Shown here one piece after another: positions 37,222 through 48,662 of a stretch of DNA of 64,000 nt. Positions within the stretch are counted from its first letter, which is position 1; every line of letters begins with the position of its first letter. The notes under the pieces are model-generated. The model searched no databases. It was not told where the DNA came from and saw only the letters and a program-made list of their open reading frames with translations. Position numbers and translations under genes: made by a program. Source of the DNA: Longimicrobiales bacterium (lineage in GTDB: Bacteria; Gemmatimonadota; Gemmatimonadetes; Longimicrobiales; Gaopeijiaceae); contig OZ250165.1 of the NCBI GenBank assembly GCA_965238005.1, positions 1,408,001 through 1,472,000 of the forward strand, in the 5' to 3' direction.

Positions 37222-38499
37222 GTGCTCGACATTCGGCGAATCCGGAGCGAGCCTGATGTGGTGAAAGCCGCCCTGGCGCGGCGAGGATCGAAGGGACTCG
37301 TGGCATCCGTCGACGAGACTCTGGAGCTCGACGAGAGACGGCGGGGGTGTCTCAGCGAGGTGAACGACCTCAAAGCGGAGCGGAACGAAGCCTCGAAGAA
37401 GATCGGCGAGCTCAAGCGGGAGGGTGCTGACGCCGCCGACATGATTGCCGAGATGCGTGATGTCGGTCAGCGCATCTCAGAGATCGATGACGAGGTCGTC
37501 GAAGCGGAGAGCCGGATTCGTGAGCTCCTGCTGTTGATCCCTAATCTCCCTCTGGAGGAGGTGCCCGAGGGGGATGTGGAGTGCAACGAGGTCGTCCGAG
37601 TGGTGGGCTCGCGGGTGGAGTTCGACTTCGAGCCGAAGCCCCACTGGGAGCTCGGAAGCGACCTCGACATCCTGGATCTGCCCAGGGGAACCAAGATCTC
37701 CGGCTCGGGCTTTCCCGTGCTCAAGGGTGTTGGAGCCCGACTGCAGCGGTGTCTCATCAACTACATGCTCGACATCCACACAGGGGAGAACGGCTATACC
37801 GAGGTCCGGGTCCCGTATCTCGTGACCCGCGACACCCTCATGGGCACGGGCCAGCTACCCAGGTTCGCCGACGAGTCGTATCAGACCGAGCGGGACGACC
37901 TGTGGTTGATCCCGACCGCCGAAGTGCCCGTGACCAACCTGCATCGCGACGAGCTTCTGTCTGCCCAAGATCTTCCGGTACGGTATACGGCGTACAGCCC
38001 CTGCTTCCGCCGAGAGGCGGGGGCCGCCGGGGCGGACACACGGGGCCTTCTACGAGTCCACCAGTTCGACAAGGTGGAGCTGGTCCGGTATGAGACCCCG
38101 GAGCGGGGGCGGGAGGCCCTGGAGGAGCTCACCGCCGAGGCGGAATCGATCCTTCAACGGCTGGGTCTCCATTACCGGGTTGTGACTTTGGCCACCGGGG
38201 ATCTCGGATTCTCAGCCGGGATGACCTACGACCTGGAAGTTTGGGCGCCTGGCGTCGCACAGTGGCTCGAGGTGTCGAGCTGCAGCACTTGCACCGACTA
38301 TCAGGCCCGGAGGGCCAACCTCCGCTACCGTCCGGCGGCCGGGGAAAAGCCCGAGTTCGTACACACGCTCAACGGTTCGGCCCTGGCTCTTCCGAGACTC
38401 ATCGTGGCCCTCCTGGAAACATACCAGCAGGCCGACGGCTCGGTGCGTATACCCGAAGCCCTCCAGGAGCGACTCGGCCTCGCGATCATCGAAGCGTAG
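37222..38499 (+). CDS. serS: Serine--tRNA ligase
   Basis: LIPTAEVP, CFRREAG, RVHQFDKVE, EVSSCS, HTLNGS. Confidence 0.97.
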   Translation: MLDIRRIRSEPDVVKAALARRGSKGLVASVDETLELDERRRGCLSEVNDLKAERNEASKKIGELKREGADAADMIAEMRDVGQRISEIDDEVVEAESRIRELLLLIPNLPLEEVPEGDVECNEVVRVVGSRVEFDFEPKPHWELGSDLDILDLPRGTKISGSGFPVLKGVGARLQRCLINYMLDIHTGENGYTEVRVPYLVTRDTLMGTGQLPRFADESYQTERDDLWLIPTAEVPVTNLHRDELLSAQDLPVRYTAYSPCFRREAGAAGADTRGLLRVHQFDKVELVRYETPERGREALEELTAEAESILQRLGLHYRVVTLATGDLGFSAGMTYDLEVWAPGVAQWLEVSSCSTCTDYQARRANLRYRPAAGEKPEFVHTLNGSALALPRLIVALLETYQQADGSVRIPEALQERLGLAIIEA

Positions 38500-38572
38500 T
38501 GGACCCGGAGTCCGGTAGGGCGTGCAGGACAATGCAGAGGGGGATCGACCAGCGTAATGGAGGATCCGCCCC

Positions 38573-39790
38573 ATGATGCGCATCAAGTGGCCCGTTGCGC
38601 TGGCCACGCTCTTTTTTGCACTCCTGGCTTGGTATCTCCTCTATACCAAGAGGATCGTCGACGGGCTGCATCGCAACCAAGAGCTCATGACGGAGGTGTT
38701 CACCCTCGCCCAGGAGCTCATCCAGGACCCGGGAGACCTGGAGACGGCGGAGGTCGAGGAGGGATTCCGGGATGCGGGCCGTTTCGACCTCGCCCTCTTC
38801 GAACTACAGGGGGTCGTCATCCGGTCGCTCATGCCTCTGATTGTCATGGACGGGGCTGACAGCGTCCTTTCAGTGGAGAACCTGCCGTTCGACATCTACA
38901 CTCCCGAGGGCCAGGAGCAGGTCAAAGCGTTGGTCCGGCGCCTGACCGCCACGGGCCGCGAGCCCGTCAGGGGAGCTGGGGGGAACGTGATCCACTTCGG
39001 AGATACTCCACAGCTGTCCGGGCTCAAGTGGATTCCCTACTTCCAGGCCAGCGGTCTGGCGATCACCCTGCTCATCGGATTCCTCGTGATCCGGTACCAG
39101 CGCAGGGCTGAGCAGGAGAAGGCTTGGACAGTCATGGCGCGTGAGCTGGCTCACCAGTTGGGGACGCCCATCTCGTCCCTGCAGGGTTGGCTGGAGCTTC
39201 TTCGCCTGCCGGTGGAGGAAAGGCCCGGATCCCTCGAGTCCGACACCGTCGCCGGTGGGATCGAGGAGGATCTCGTGAGGCTGGAGCGTATCAGCCACCG
39301 CTTCGAGCTCATCGGTCGGGATCCCGAGCTGGAGCCCCTGGACATCCGTGAGGTGGTGAGGGAGCTGGAGAGCTACCTGCAGGCGCGTCTTCCCAGGCTC
39401 ACCACTGGCATCCTCATCGTCGTCGACGTGCCCAAGGGCATGCCGAGGGTCCTCGGGAATGAAGTGCTCCTCTCGTGGGCTCTCGAGAACGTGGTGAAGA
39501 ACGCCTTGGACGCGATGGCCGGACGGGGGGGCGAGATCCGGCTGCAGGTCCGAAAGGGTCTTCCGGGCTGGGTCCATCTACGCATCAAGGATACGGGCCC
39601 GGGGGTGGATCCGGCGGTGCGCGACAAGATTTTCGAGCCCGGCGTCAGCGGAAAGGACCGTGGTTGGGGGGTCGGCCTCACCCTGTCCCGTCGGATCGTC
39701 GAGTCTGGCCACAAGGGCCACATTTATCTTCTGGACACCGAGGGTGCGGGAGCCACCTTCGAGGTCCGTCTTCCTGCGGCCCGTCCCTGA
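38573..39790 (+). CDS. Membrane sensor histidine kinase
   Basis: Two TM segments, ARELAHQLGTPISSL, NVVKNALDA, DTGPG, GWGVGL. Confidence 0.92.
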   Translation: MMRIKWPVALATLFFALLAWYLLYTKRIVDGLHRNQELMTEVFTLAQELIQDPGDLETAEVEEGFRDAGRFDLALFELQGVVIRSLMPLIVMDGADSVLSVENLPFDIYTPEGQEQVKALVRRLTATGREPVRGAGGNVIHFGDTPQLSGLKWIPYFQASGLAITLLIGFLVIRYQRRAEQEKAWTVMARELAHQLGTPISSLQGWLELLRLPVEERPGSLESDTVAGGIEEDLVRLERISHRFELIGRDPELEPLDIREVVRELESYLQARLPRLTTGILIVVDVPKGMPRVLGNEVLLSWALENVVKNALDAMAGRGGEIRLQVRKGLPGWVHLRIKDTGPGVDPAVRDKIFEPGVSGKDRGWGVGLTLSRRIVESGHKGHIYLLDTEGAGATFEVRLPAARP

Positions 39791-39804
39791 TCGGAGTCGA
39801 TGCA

Positions 39805-42105
39805 CTGAACACCTCTGCTGAAGCACGGGACCGGCGCGCGGTCGCCTCCGATGCGTATTTGACGCAGCTGAACGAGAGCCAACGCGAGGCGGTGACCCAC
39901 TTCGAGGGACCGCTACTCGTCTTGGCAGGCGCCGGGTCAGGCAAGACCCGCGTCCTCACCACCCGCGTCGCTCACCTGATCCACGAACAGGGCGTCCCCC
40001 CTGACCGTATCTTGTCCGTCACGTTCACCAACAAGGCAGCCGGCGAGATGCGGGAGAGGATCACCGTTCTGCTGGGCGAGGAGCCCCGAGGCATGTGGAT
40101 CGGCACGTTCCACTCCCTGGGTGCTCGCCTTCTGCGCCGGCATGCTCCGAGCCTGGGTTGGACGAACACCTTCACCATCTTCGATGCCGAGCAGAGTCTC
40201 AAGCTCATCAAGAAGACGGCCGAGGCGGTGGGGCTGGACACGCGTCGTTGGAGCCCGAAGGCGATTCGCGCGCACCTGAGCGGAGCGAAGAATCGGCTCG
40301 TCTCGCCGCAGCAGTTCGTCGAAGAGAACGAGGGGAGCTTCGACATCTTCGCCCGCAACGTGGCCCGAGTGTACCCGGCGTACCAGGAGTCGTTAAAGAA
40401 CCAGAACGCGTTCGACTTCGATGACCTGCTGGTCAAGCCGGTGGAGCTTCTCGAGGCCGATCCGGACCTCCTGAGCAGGTATCGACGCCGCTTCAACTTC
40501 GTGCTGGTGGACGAGTATCAGGACACGAATCGCGCGCAATTCCGTTTCGTGGAGCTCTTGGCGTCGGAGCACCAGAACCTCATGGTCGTGGGAGACGACG
40601 ATCAGAGTATCTACGGCTGGCGGGGAGCCGACATCCGAAACATCCTCGACTTCGAGACGGCGTTTCTGGGTGCACATGTCGTGCGCTTGGAGCAGAACTA
40701 CCGTTCCACCGAAGTGATCCTCTCGGCGGCCAACACGGTCATCGCGGAGAACATGCAGCGGAAGGGGAAGACGCTGCGCACGGATCGAGCAGGGGGGGAG
40801 CGGATCACGCTCCTGACCTCTGCCGGCGAGACGGACGAGGCGCGTTGGATCTGCGATCAGATCGAGGGCCGCCTGGCGGAGGATCCCGGTCTCACGCATC
40901 GCGAGGTTGCCATCCTCTATCGCACCAACGCCCAGTCCCGGGCGCTGGAGGACGCGTTTCGCCGGCGGGGCTTGCCGTACCAGATCGTCGGCGGGGTCCG
41001 GTTCTACGAGCGTCGTGAGATCCAGGACGTCCTGGCCTACCTGCGGCTCATCTCGAATCCCCTGGATGCCGGGGCGTTCGAGCGGATCGTCAACTATCCC
41101 CGCCGTGGGATCGGCGCCGCCACACAGGAGCGTCTGGCGAGCTGGGCAGAGTCCCAGGAGATCGGACTGCTGGAAGCGGCCTCACGGGCCGACGAAGCGC
41201 CCGAGATTGCGACGGCGGGTGCCAGGGGCCTCGAGCGGTTCGCCATACTGATACAGAGGTATTCGGCGCTGGCCTCCCAGATGCGCGTAGGCGAGCTACT
41301 AGAGAGTCTCGTGGAGAAGCTGGAGATCTCACACCATCTCGAGGACGAAGGACCCGAGGGCGAGGATCGGGCCGACAACGTGCGAGAGCTCATCGCCGGG
41401 GCGCTCGACTACAATGCGGAGCTCATGGAGGAGCTGGAAGACGACGACTTCGATCACTTCACCGAGCTCGATCTGTTCCTTCAACAGGTCGCACTCGTGG
41501 CCGACGTGGATCGCCACGACCCCGACGCCGACGCGGTGACGATGATGACCCTCCACAACGCCAAGGGGCTGGAGTTTCCGGTCGTGTTCATCTCGGGGCT
41601 CGAAGACGGGCTCTTCCCGTTGAGCCGCGCCTACGACGAGCCCGCGGAGCTGGAGGAGGAGCGTCGCCTCTTTTACGTCGGGATCACGCGGGCCGAGGAC
41701 AAGCTCTTTCTGACGCACGCTCGGCAACGCCGCCGCGCCGGCGACATCATGTATGGACGTCTCTCACCGTTCGTCGCAGCCATTCCCGAGCATCTCCTGG
41801 AAGAGGTGGAGACCTCGGTAATGGGGAGTACGGGAGGTTACCTGTCACGTAGGGCCCGCCGGGATAGATCGTCGGCCAGCGACCGAGAGGCGCCCGACGA
41901 CGATCTCGATCTCGACGCCGCCCTCAACCAGGACCTTCCACGCTTTGTGAAAGGTGAGAGGGTGGTCCACGAGACGTTCGGGTCCGGGACCGTGGGCGAA
42001 GTCTCGGGCTTCGGGAGAGATCTCAGGGTGACGATCAACTTCGAGTCGGTGGGCAGCAAGAGTCTGGTGGTCCGTTACGCGGGTCTCCGTCGTGACTACG
42101 ACTGA
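39805..42105 (+). CDS. pcrA: ATP-dependent DNA helicase UvrD/PcrA
   Basis: AGAGSGKT, VDEYQDTN, VGDDDQSIYGWRGA, MTLHNAKGLEF, EERRLFYVGITRA. Start uncertain (CTG 39805 or TTG 39859). Confidence 0.93.
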   Translation: MNTSAEARDRRAVASDAYLTQLNESQREAVTHFEGPLLVLAGAGSGKTRVLTTRVAHLIHEQGVPPDRILSVTFTNKAAGEMRERITVLLGEEPRGMWIGTFHSLGARLLRRHAPSLGWTNTFTIFDAEQSLKLIKKTAEAVGLDTRRWSPKAIRAHLSGAKNRLVSPQQFVEENEGSFDIFARNVARVYPAYQESLKNQNAFDFDDLLVKPVELLEADPDLLSRYRRRFNFVLVDEYQDTNRAQFRFVELLASEHQNLMVVGDDDQSIYGWRGADIRNILDFETAFLGAHVVRLEQNYRSTEVILSAANTVIAENMQRKGKTLRTDRAGGERITLLTSAGETDEARWICDQIEGRLAEDPGLTHREVAILYRTNAQSRALEDAFRRRGLPYQIVGGVRFYERREIQDVLAYLRLISNPLDAGAFERIVNYPRRGIGAATQERLASWAESQEIGLLEAASRADEAPEIATAGARGLERFAILIQRYSALASQMRVGELLESLVEKLEISHHLEDEGPEGEDRADNVRELIAGALDYNAELMEELEDDDFDHFTELDLFLQQVALVADVDRHDPDADAVTMMTLHNAKGLEFPVVFISGLEDGLFPLSRAYDEPAELEEERRLFYVGITRAEDKLFLTHARQRRRAGDIMYGRLSPFVAAIPEHLLEEVETSVMGSTGGYLSRRARRDRSSASDREAPDDDLDLDAALNQDLPRFVKGERVVHETFGSGTVGEVSGFGRDLRVTINFESVGSKSLVVRYAGLRRDYD

Positions 42106-42114
42106 CAGCGCGTC

Positions 42115-42435
42115 GTGTCTGTAAGTCGCGAAGACGTTCGCCGGATCGCGGAGCTCGCTCGTGTGCGCCTTGCAGAGGCGGAGGCCGAAGCGCTCGGGCG
42201 AGACCTCAACGACATTCTGGAGTACGTGGACACCCTGTCGTCCGTGTCCGTAGACGGTGCGCAGGCCGTGGATCCCACCGAGGGCGGCGCCCCCGAGCGC
42301 GGTCCCGGGGAACGGCAGCCCGATCCCATGGTCGGGCGGCCCAGCGACTACGCGCCGGACTTCAGGGACGGTTTCTTCGTCGTTCCCTCCCCACCGTCTC
42401 TCGGTGGTGAGGACGAGCCCTCGAGCCAGGAATGA
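42115..42435 (+). CDS. gatC: Asp/Glu-tRNA amidotransferase subunit C
   Basis: [21 protein letters not shown]; upstream of gatA. Confidence 0.9.
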   Translation: MSVSREDVRRIAELARVRLAEAEAEALGRDLNDILEYVDTLSSVSVDGAQAVDPTEGGAPERGPGERQPDPMVGRPSDYAPDFRDGFFVVPSPPSLGGEDEPSSQE

Positions 42436-43901
42436 CGCACATCGCCTCCGTCGCCGCGGCTGTCCGTGCTGGGGATGTGGATCCGCTGGAGCCTGGGCAG
42501 GCCGCGCTCCAGAAGCTCCGGGAGCGTGAAGAGGGCCCCGAGCCTCTGAATGCTTTCCTGGCCGTGCTCTCGTCCGACGACCTCGAGCTACCTGGAGGCC
42601 GGCCGGCCGAAGGACGGCTCGCCGGGGTGCCGGTGGCCGTCAAGGATAACCTCGCCACCACCGACGGGCTCCCCACTACGTGCGCCTCCAAGATCCTGGA
42701 GGGGTATCGCTCTCCCTACGAGGCCACCGTCGTGCGACGGCTACGGGAGGAGGGGGCGGTGGTGGTTGGTAAGACCAACATGGACGAGTTCGCCATGGGC
42801 TCGTCGAGCGAAAACTCGGCGTTCGGACCCGTGCGTAATCCGGTGGATCCCACCCGGGTGCCCGGCGGCAGCTCGGGAGGCTCCGCGGCCGCCGTTGCGG
42901 CTGGGCTGGTTCCGGGGGCCTTGGGCTCCGACACCGGGGGGTCGGTGCGACAGCCCGCCGCCTTCTGTGGCGTCGTGGGGGTCAAGCCGACCTACGGTCT
43001 CGTGAGCCGGTACGGGCTGGTCGCATTCGCCTCGTCCCTGGACCAGGTCGGTACGTTCGGGCGAACCGTGCGCGATGCGGCGGAGCTCCTGCAGGTCGTG
43101 GCGGGGCACGATCCCCTGGACTCCACGTCGGTCGAGCGGACCATCCCCGACCTGGCGGCGGCATGTGACGAAGGAGCCGAGGGCTTGGTGGTCGGTGTGC
43201 CCCGGGAGTACTTCGGAGATGCGTTGGAAGAGGGAGTGCAGACGTGCTGCCAGGAAGCTCTGGATGCGCTCGTGGAGCGCGGGGCCATCATCCGTGAGGT
43301 TTCGCTCCCCAACACTCCGCACGCGCTTCCCGCCTACTACGTGGTGGCCAACGCCGAGGCCTCGAGCAACCTGGCCCGTTTCGACGGCGTGCGATATGGA
43401 GCTCGGCAGGACGGCTGCCGGGACTTAGGGGAGTTGTATGAGAAGACGCGCACGGCCGGGTTCGGTGACGAGGTGAAGCGACGGATCCTCCTGGGCACGT
43501 TCGCTCTGACCGCCGGCTACTATGACCAGTACTACGGCCGGGCCCAGCGGGTGCGTCGCCTGGTGTCGGCGGATTTCCAGGAGGTCTTCCGGGACGGGAT
43601 CGACGTACTGTTCACTCCCACGTCCCCTACGGTGGCGTTTCCCCTCGGTGAGCGCATCGAGGATCCGCTTCAGATGTACCTGGCCGACGTCTTCACTGTC
43701 ACGGCGAACCTGGCCGGCGTGCCCGCAATCTCGGTACCGGTGGGTAACTCCGACGGGCTACCCGTGGGGGGCCAGGTCATCGCACCCTGGTGGGGCGAGT
43801 CTGCCCTTTTCCGGGCGGCGGCGGCTCTCGAGTCCGCCGGCGACTCGGCTGGTCCGTCAGGAGCTCCTGCGGCAGACCCTGGGGAAGGAGGGGCGGAATG
43901 A
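42432..43901 (+). CDS. gatA: Asp/Glu-tRNA amidotransferase subunit A
   Basis: [47 protein letters not shown]. Confidence 0.96.
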   Translation: MTHIASVAAAVRAGDVDPLEPGQAALQKLREREEGPEPLNAFLAVLSSDDLELPGGRPAEGRLAGVPVAVKDNLATTDGLPTTCASKILEGYRSPYEATVVRRLREEGAVVVGKTNMDEFAMGSSSENSAFGPVRNPVDPTRVPGGSSGGSAAAVAAGLVPGALGSDTGGSVRQPAAFCGVVGVKPTYGLVSRYGLVAFASSLDQVGTFGRTVRDAAELLQVVAGHDPLDSTSVERTIPDLAAACDEGAEGLVVGVPREYFGDALEEGVQTCCQEALDALVERGAIIREVSLPNTPHALPAYYVVANAEASSNLARFDGVRYGARQDGCRDLGELYEKTRTAGFGDEVKRRILLGTFALTAGYYDQYYGRAQRVRRLVSADFQEVFRDGIDVLFTPTSPTVAFPLGERIEDPLQMYLADVFTVTANLAGVPAISVPVGNSDGLPVGGQVIAPWWGESALFRAAAALESAGDSAGPSGAPAADPGEGGAE

Positions 43902-45328
43902 GCTGGGAGACCGTCATCGGCCTGGAGGTCCACGTACAGCTCCGCACGGCAGAGAAGCTGTTCTGTGCCGACTCCACGACCTTCGGTGCCCCGCCCAACA
44001 GCCATGTTTGTCCGGTGTGCCTGGGGTTGCCCGGCGCGCTCCCCGTGCTGAACGCAGAGGCCGTAGATCTGGCGATCACGGCGGCTCTGGGCCTCGGCTG
44101 CCAGGTCCACAGAGTGAGCGTCTTCGCGCGCAAGAGCTACTTTTACCCCGATTTGCCGAAGGGGTATCAGATCACGCAGTTCGAGCAGCCCCTCGCCACC
44201 GATGGATCCGTCGTGGTCGGGTCGGGATCCGACGCGCGTCCGATTCGGATCCGCCGGACCCATCTCGAAGAAGACGCCGGCAAGTCCGTTCACGACCGCT
44301 TTCCGGAGGGGACGGCCGTGGACCTCAACCGGGCGGGCGTCCCGCTCATCGAGATCGTGACCGAGCCGGACCTCCGGACGCCGGCTGAGGCCAGAGCCTT
44401 CCTGCAAGGGCTCAAGCGCACGCTGGAGTACCTGGACGTGAGCGACTGCAACATGGAGGAAGGCAGCCTCCGGGTGGATGCCAACGTCTCGCTCAGGGCC
44501 TTCGGCTCGCAGGAGCTGGGTGTGAAGACCGAGGTCAAGAACCTGAACTCGTTCTCTGCTGTGGAGAAGGCCCTTCAACGTGAGGTGGAGAGGCAAGAAG
44601 AGGTGCTCGTATCCGGTGAGGCCGTGATTCAGGAGACCCTCCTTTGGGACGAGCGTGACGGCACGGTGCGGTCCATGCGCTCCAAGGAGGAGAGCCACGA
44701 CTATCGCTACTTCCCCGACCCCGATCTTCCCCTCCTCCGGCTCGACGCCGACCGCGTGACGCGGTCGCGGGAGGCGCTGCCGGAGCTGCCCCACGAGCGG
44801 AAGTCACGTCTTTTGGAGGAGCTGGCTCTTCCCGAGGGGGATGTGGAGGTCCTCACCTCCTCCCGCTCACTGGCGGACTATTTCGAGGAGCTCGCGACCC
44901 TGTTGGGGAATCCCAAGACCGCCTCCAACTGGGCCCGAGGCCCCCTCCTCAAGGAGGCGAACCGGGTTCGTCGAGACATCGCTGGCCTTGGCCCGACACC
45001 CGCCGACGTGGCGGAGCTCATCTCCCTCGTGGAGAACGGCACGCTGTCCGGCAGCATGGGACGAACGGTGCTGGGACGCATGGTGGACTCGGGCCGTCGC
45101 GCCCCGGAAATCGTCGAGTCCGAGGGCCTCGCCCAGGTCCAGGACACCGATGAGCTCGAGACGTGGGTGGACGGCGTGTTGGCGGAGAGTCCCGGGGAGG
45201 TGGAGCGATATCGAGGAGGCGAGGCCAAGCTTCTGGGTCACTTCATCGGCCGCGTCATGCGGCGGTCGGGGGGGCGCGCCGACCCCAATGCCACCGGAGA
45301 CCTTCTCAGGGAACGGCTCAGTCGCTGA
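43898..45328 (+). CDS. gatB: Asp/Glu-tRNA amidotransferase subunit B
   Basis: [40 protein letters not shown]. Confidence 0.97.
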   Translation: MSWETVIGLEVHVQLRTAEKLFCADSTTFGAPPNSHVCPVCLGLPGALPVLNAEAVDLAITAALGLGCQVHRVSVFARKSYFYPDLPKGYQITQFEQPLATDGSVVVGSGSDARPIRIRRTHLEEDAGKSVHDRFPEGTAVDLNRAGVPLIEIVTEPDLRTPAEARAFLQGLKRTLEYLDVSDCNMEEGSLRVDANVSLRAFGSQELGVKTEVKNLNSFSAVEKALQREVERQEEVLVSGEAVIQETLLWDERDGTVRSMRSKEESHDYRYFPDPDLPLLRLDADRVTRSREALPELPHERKSRLLEELALPEGDVEVLTSSRSLADYFEELATLLGNPKTASNWARGPLLKEANRVRRDIAGLGPTPADVAELISLVENGTLSGSMGRTVLGRMVDSGRRAPEIVESEGLAQVQDTDELETWVDGVLAESPGEVERYRGGEAKLLGHFIGRVMRRSGGRADPNATGDLLRERLSR

Positions 45329-46235
45329 TGACCGCCATGCCCTCCCGTTCGGGCCAGTGGATGAGCACGTCGCCAGGCAGGGGAAAGAACTCGTCGGCGC
45401 TCTGGTGTAGGTGAGCCGGGTCGGCGGCCCCTCCCCGGGCCATGGTGAGACGACGCACCTTCTTCGCCAGCCTCAGGTTGAGCTCTCCCGTGGGGTCGAG
45501 CGTGGCCGGGCGGGAGCTCTCCCGCGATACCAGGTAGTCGACAACGTACTCGAACGAGAGGGCGTGGTACGTCTCCACCGCGGCATGGGGCAGGTCGAAG
45601 CGTGACTTCTGCAAGACCCGCTCGAACACCTGCTTCCAGCGGTCGTGATCACTGAAGCGGATCATCCCGCGGAAGATTCTGCGGTTGGTGTGAAAGCTGA
45701 AGATGGTGCCGCTGAGGACCCGGTCGAAGAGCTCGTCCGCTTCGGAGTAGTCGTTCTCCATGACCAAATGTCTGGCTTTGCTCAGATACTCCTCTCCGAC
45801 ATGCATGTCCATGCGGTGCTCCCAGTACGCGTGGCCGAGTGCTTGCGTGGTGCTCGTGGTGAGCAGCTGCCGGGGCACGAAGAGATTGTGGGCGACCGTG
45901 TCTGCCGCCAGATGAGCGAGGTAGCCGTAGCCCACCGACGTCAGGCGCGGGCTGTCAGCGGTGGCCAGGATCTCCTCACCCACGTGCCAGTGATGGCAGT
46001 GCCTGCCTTCTGGGACGTACTTCTTGGCGAATGAGATGTCGGCGGCGATAGATCCGTACAGGAAGTGAAGTGGGTTGGACTCGATGATCGCCCGTATGGC
46101 CGGCGGGAGCAGGTAGAGAGACGCGAGAAGGGTCTCTCCTAGCGCGATGTGGGTTCCTGGGGCCCATGCCCACAGAGGCTCAGGATCGAGGAAGATCCAG
46201 CCGAGTGCTATCGAGAGGGTCCAGACGATCTTCAC
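45318..46235 (-). CDS. Zinc-dependent phospholipase C family protein
   Basis: Signal peptide, then W-APGTH, GYLAHLAAD..AHN, HAYWE. Confidence 0.75.
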   Translation of the reverse strand: MKIVWTLSIALGWIFLDPEPLWAWAPGTHIALGETLLASLYLLPPAIRAIIESNPLHFLYGSIAADISFAKKYVPEGRHCHHWHVGEEILATADSPRLTSVGYGYLAHLAADTVAHNLFVPRQLLTTSTTQALGHAYWEHRMDMHVGEEYLSKARHLVMENDYSEADELFDRVLSGTIFSFHTNRRIFRGMIRFSDHDRWKQVFERVLQKSRFDLPHAAVETYHALSFEYVVDYLVSRESSRPATLDPTGELNLRLAKKVRRLTMARGGAADPAHLHQSADEFFPLPGDVLIHWPEREGMAVISD

Positions 46236-46813
46236 GTGGTCTCGGCGTCTCCCGTGACCACGGCTCCAGCCGTATCGCCGGCCTCCTCCGACTCTCCAGT
46301 CCCGGGGGTCGGCACTGCCTCGGAATCGGGCTCTTCGGAGGCCACGCCCTCTCCTATGGTCTGGGCCCCGGCACGAACCCCGCGGACAGCGGCCGCGGTA
46401 TCCAGCAGGACGGATTCGGCTTCGTTCTGTACCACGTCCATGAGGGCGTTGAACTCCTCGACTCTCTCCTCCATGCGCTGAGAAGTGTCCTTAAGCCGGG
46501 CCGAGAGTCCGGCCACCGAGGAGTGGATCTTCTGGACGTCTTCGCGGACCACGGCGGAGATGAACTCCACATTCTCGGCCGCCACGCGGGCGCGGTCCGC
46601 GACCGGCCGCAGCTGCCGTTGAAGGGCGGCGAGCAGCTTCCGGAGCTGGACGAGCAGCACCAACATGGTCAACAGCAGTAGAGCCGATATCGCAGCCAGT
46701 GCCACCGCCGAGATGTCGGCTGCGACCTGGAGGCCTCCGGGCGGGGCGAGCGCCTGCGTAGTGCCCTGGAGGGGCAGTAGAGCAGGAATAAGAAGTCGAT
46801 GTGCCATGGCCAA
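46232..46813 (-). CDS. Membrane-anchored coiled-coil protein (DUF948-like)
   Basis: TM segment followed by heptad-like helices; overlaps the downstream gene by 4 nt. Confidence 0.6.
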   Translation of the reverse strand: MAMAHRLLIPALLPLQGTTQALAPPGGLQVAADISAVALAAISALLLLTMLVLLVQLRKLLAALQRQLRPVADRARVAAENVEFISAVVREDVQKIHSSVAGLSARLKDTSQRMEERVEEFNALMDVVQNEAESVLLDTAAAVRGVRAGAQTIGEGVASEEPDSEAVPTPGTGESEEAGDTAGAVVTGDAETT

Positions 46814-46897
46814 ATGTATAAGCTCAGGACGTCAGAGTTCCAGATCGGCTCCCCGGGTACGGTACCGGGCTCGCTTTCGCCCCGTGCTCTCCCTGGA

Positions 46898-47960
46898 TCA
46901 CTCGGCCACGCCCTCCCCGCCACTTACGGCTTCTGCGGCCACGCCCGGGGTATGCCGCGCAGCGTGAGCTCGGGCCTGTTGGTCGTCTCCCTGGGCAAGG
47001 GCTTCTTCGACCCGAGAGGAGATCTCACCGGCTCGTCGCAGCGTGGCAGTCGTGAGCACCGGGCCCACAGCTCGGAGATCACGACGCCTAGAACCACGAC
47101 GCTGAACAGGGCCTTGCTGGCGTCCAGGCCTCCCACTTCGAGCCCATAGAAGGTCAGGAAGGCGGACAACGCCATGGCGAGTGAGATGCCGCCCTGGGGA
47201 ACGAGGCCGAGACCCAGAAAGGGTGGGGTGGAGAAGCCTGGCTCCGCAATCCGCACCATGGCGCCGCATGCCACGATCTTGGCGCCGCCGCGGAGGAGCG
47301 CATAGCCCAGGGCGAGGGGTATGATCCAAGCCGTCGGGAAGCGGATGAGGGCTCCGGCGAGAATCAGGAGGACTACGTAGACCGGCTTTTCCCACTCGGT
47401 CATGACGCGAAAGACCCGGCGAGGCTCCGGGACGAGATTTCCCACTACTACGCCCATTACGAGGCAAACGAAGAGGGGTGAAAGCTGGAGCTTAAGCGCT
47501 GCGCCGGACGCGAAAGCCGCGTTGTCCATGGGGAAGAGGACCAGCTCCTCCATCTCCGTTCGGTCGCGCGTCAGCCAGACGAAGATGATTCCGCAGAGGA
47601 CTCCGACACACACGGCGAGGAGGGTCCAAATGGGTGCCGGGTTGCTTCCGAGGAAGTCGAGCACACCGGCCGCGTGATAGTTCGAGTAGATGATCTGCAG
47701 GGCCGTGATCCCCACCAGGGCGTCCACGGAAGCCACGAACAGCAACATCTCACGCACCTGGCCCCGGACTAGGAAGTTCGACGAGATGATGGCGATTCCC
47801 GCCGGCGCGGAGATGCAGGCGGTGGCCGCCGCCAGCAGCACCAGGAGGACCTCGGCCTGGCCGGCGAACCCCACCGCGAAGAGTGCTCCCATGCCCACCG
47901 CGGAAAGGACGACGAATGTGAGGAGGGCCTGGACGGCCGCGAATACGTGCAGCGTACCTG
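46898..47960 (-). pseudogene. Cation:proton antiporter (CPA2/Kef-like) remnant
   Basis: Multi-TM frame with LGLVPQGGISLAMA. N-terminal part is missing. A 1-nt deletion near 47067 moves the natural tail (VGPVLTTATLRRAGEIS..) into another frame. Confidence 0.7.
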
Positions 47961-47974
47961 GAGTGGATCCATGG

Positions 47975-48358
47975 AGAGGGGTCGGACGCCAATCGTGCGA
48001 TCCTGGCTAGGATCTTGATCCGCTCGCCCCCGCGGTCCGCCGGAGACAAGAGAAGAAAGAAGACAGGGCAGGTCTCGACCTCGGTGGGTCCGAACGCCAC
48101 CGGATCGCGGGAGACGGCCACCATGAGGAGGGTCTTTTCGAGCCCCTCGACGGTGGCGTGGAGGATCGCCACTCCATTGCCGATGGCCGTGGTGTGGACG
48201 TTCTCGGTGTGTGTGAGCCGGTTCTTCACCTCTGACTCATTCTGTATCAGGCCCCGACTCGCCAGTGTCTCCGCCAGCAGCTCGATGGCGTCGTCGCGGG
48301 ACCCAGCGCTGAATCCGTACAGGATCGAATCGGCTTGAAAGAAATCCCTTAAACGCAT
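47975..48358 (-). pseudogene. PTS EIIA type-2 (PtsN-like), 3'-truncated
   Basis: TTAIGNGVAILHA, VFFLLLSP, ILARIARL, then runs out of frame into the antiporter remnant without the normal last helices or a stop. Confidence 0.7.
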
Positions 48359-48662
48359 GTCCTGTAATCCATTATACGATCACGATGACAGGTCGTGAGC
48401 GGTGGGAGCGAGGTGCTAACTCAGACTTGGCTGGGGCGGAACGAGGTATCAGCGGAAGCCCTCCCGATGGCGGCACGCTTCCTGCCACAGAGTATCGCAA
48501 GCCATGGTCCCACGCGGGGGGGTGGAGGCCGTAGGGGAGTATTCCGAGCTGGAGGGCGCTACGATGAGGAGCCGGTTGCTGCGTCAGGGGACGGTGGAAT
48601 ATGTTCCAGGCCGATGTGGCGAAACGGTGTCGGCCACTTACTTCGGAGACCGCAAGGAGGAC

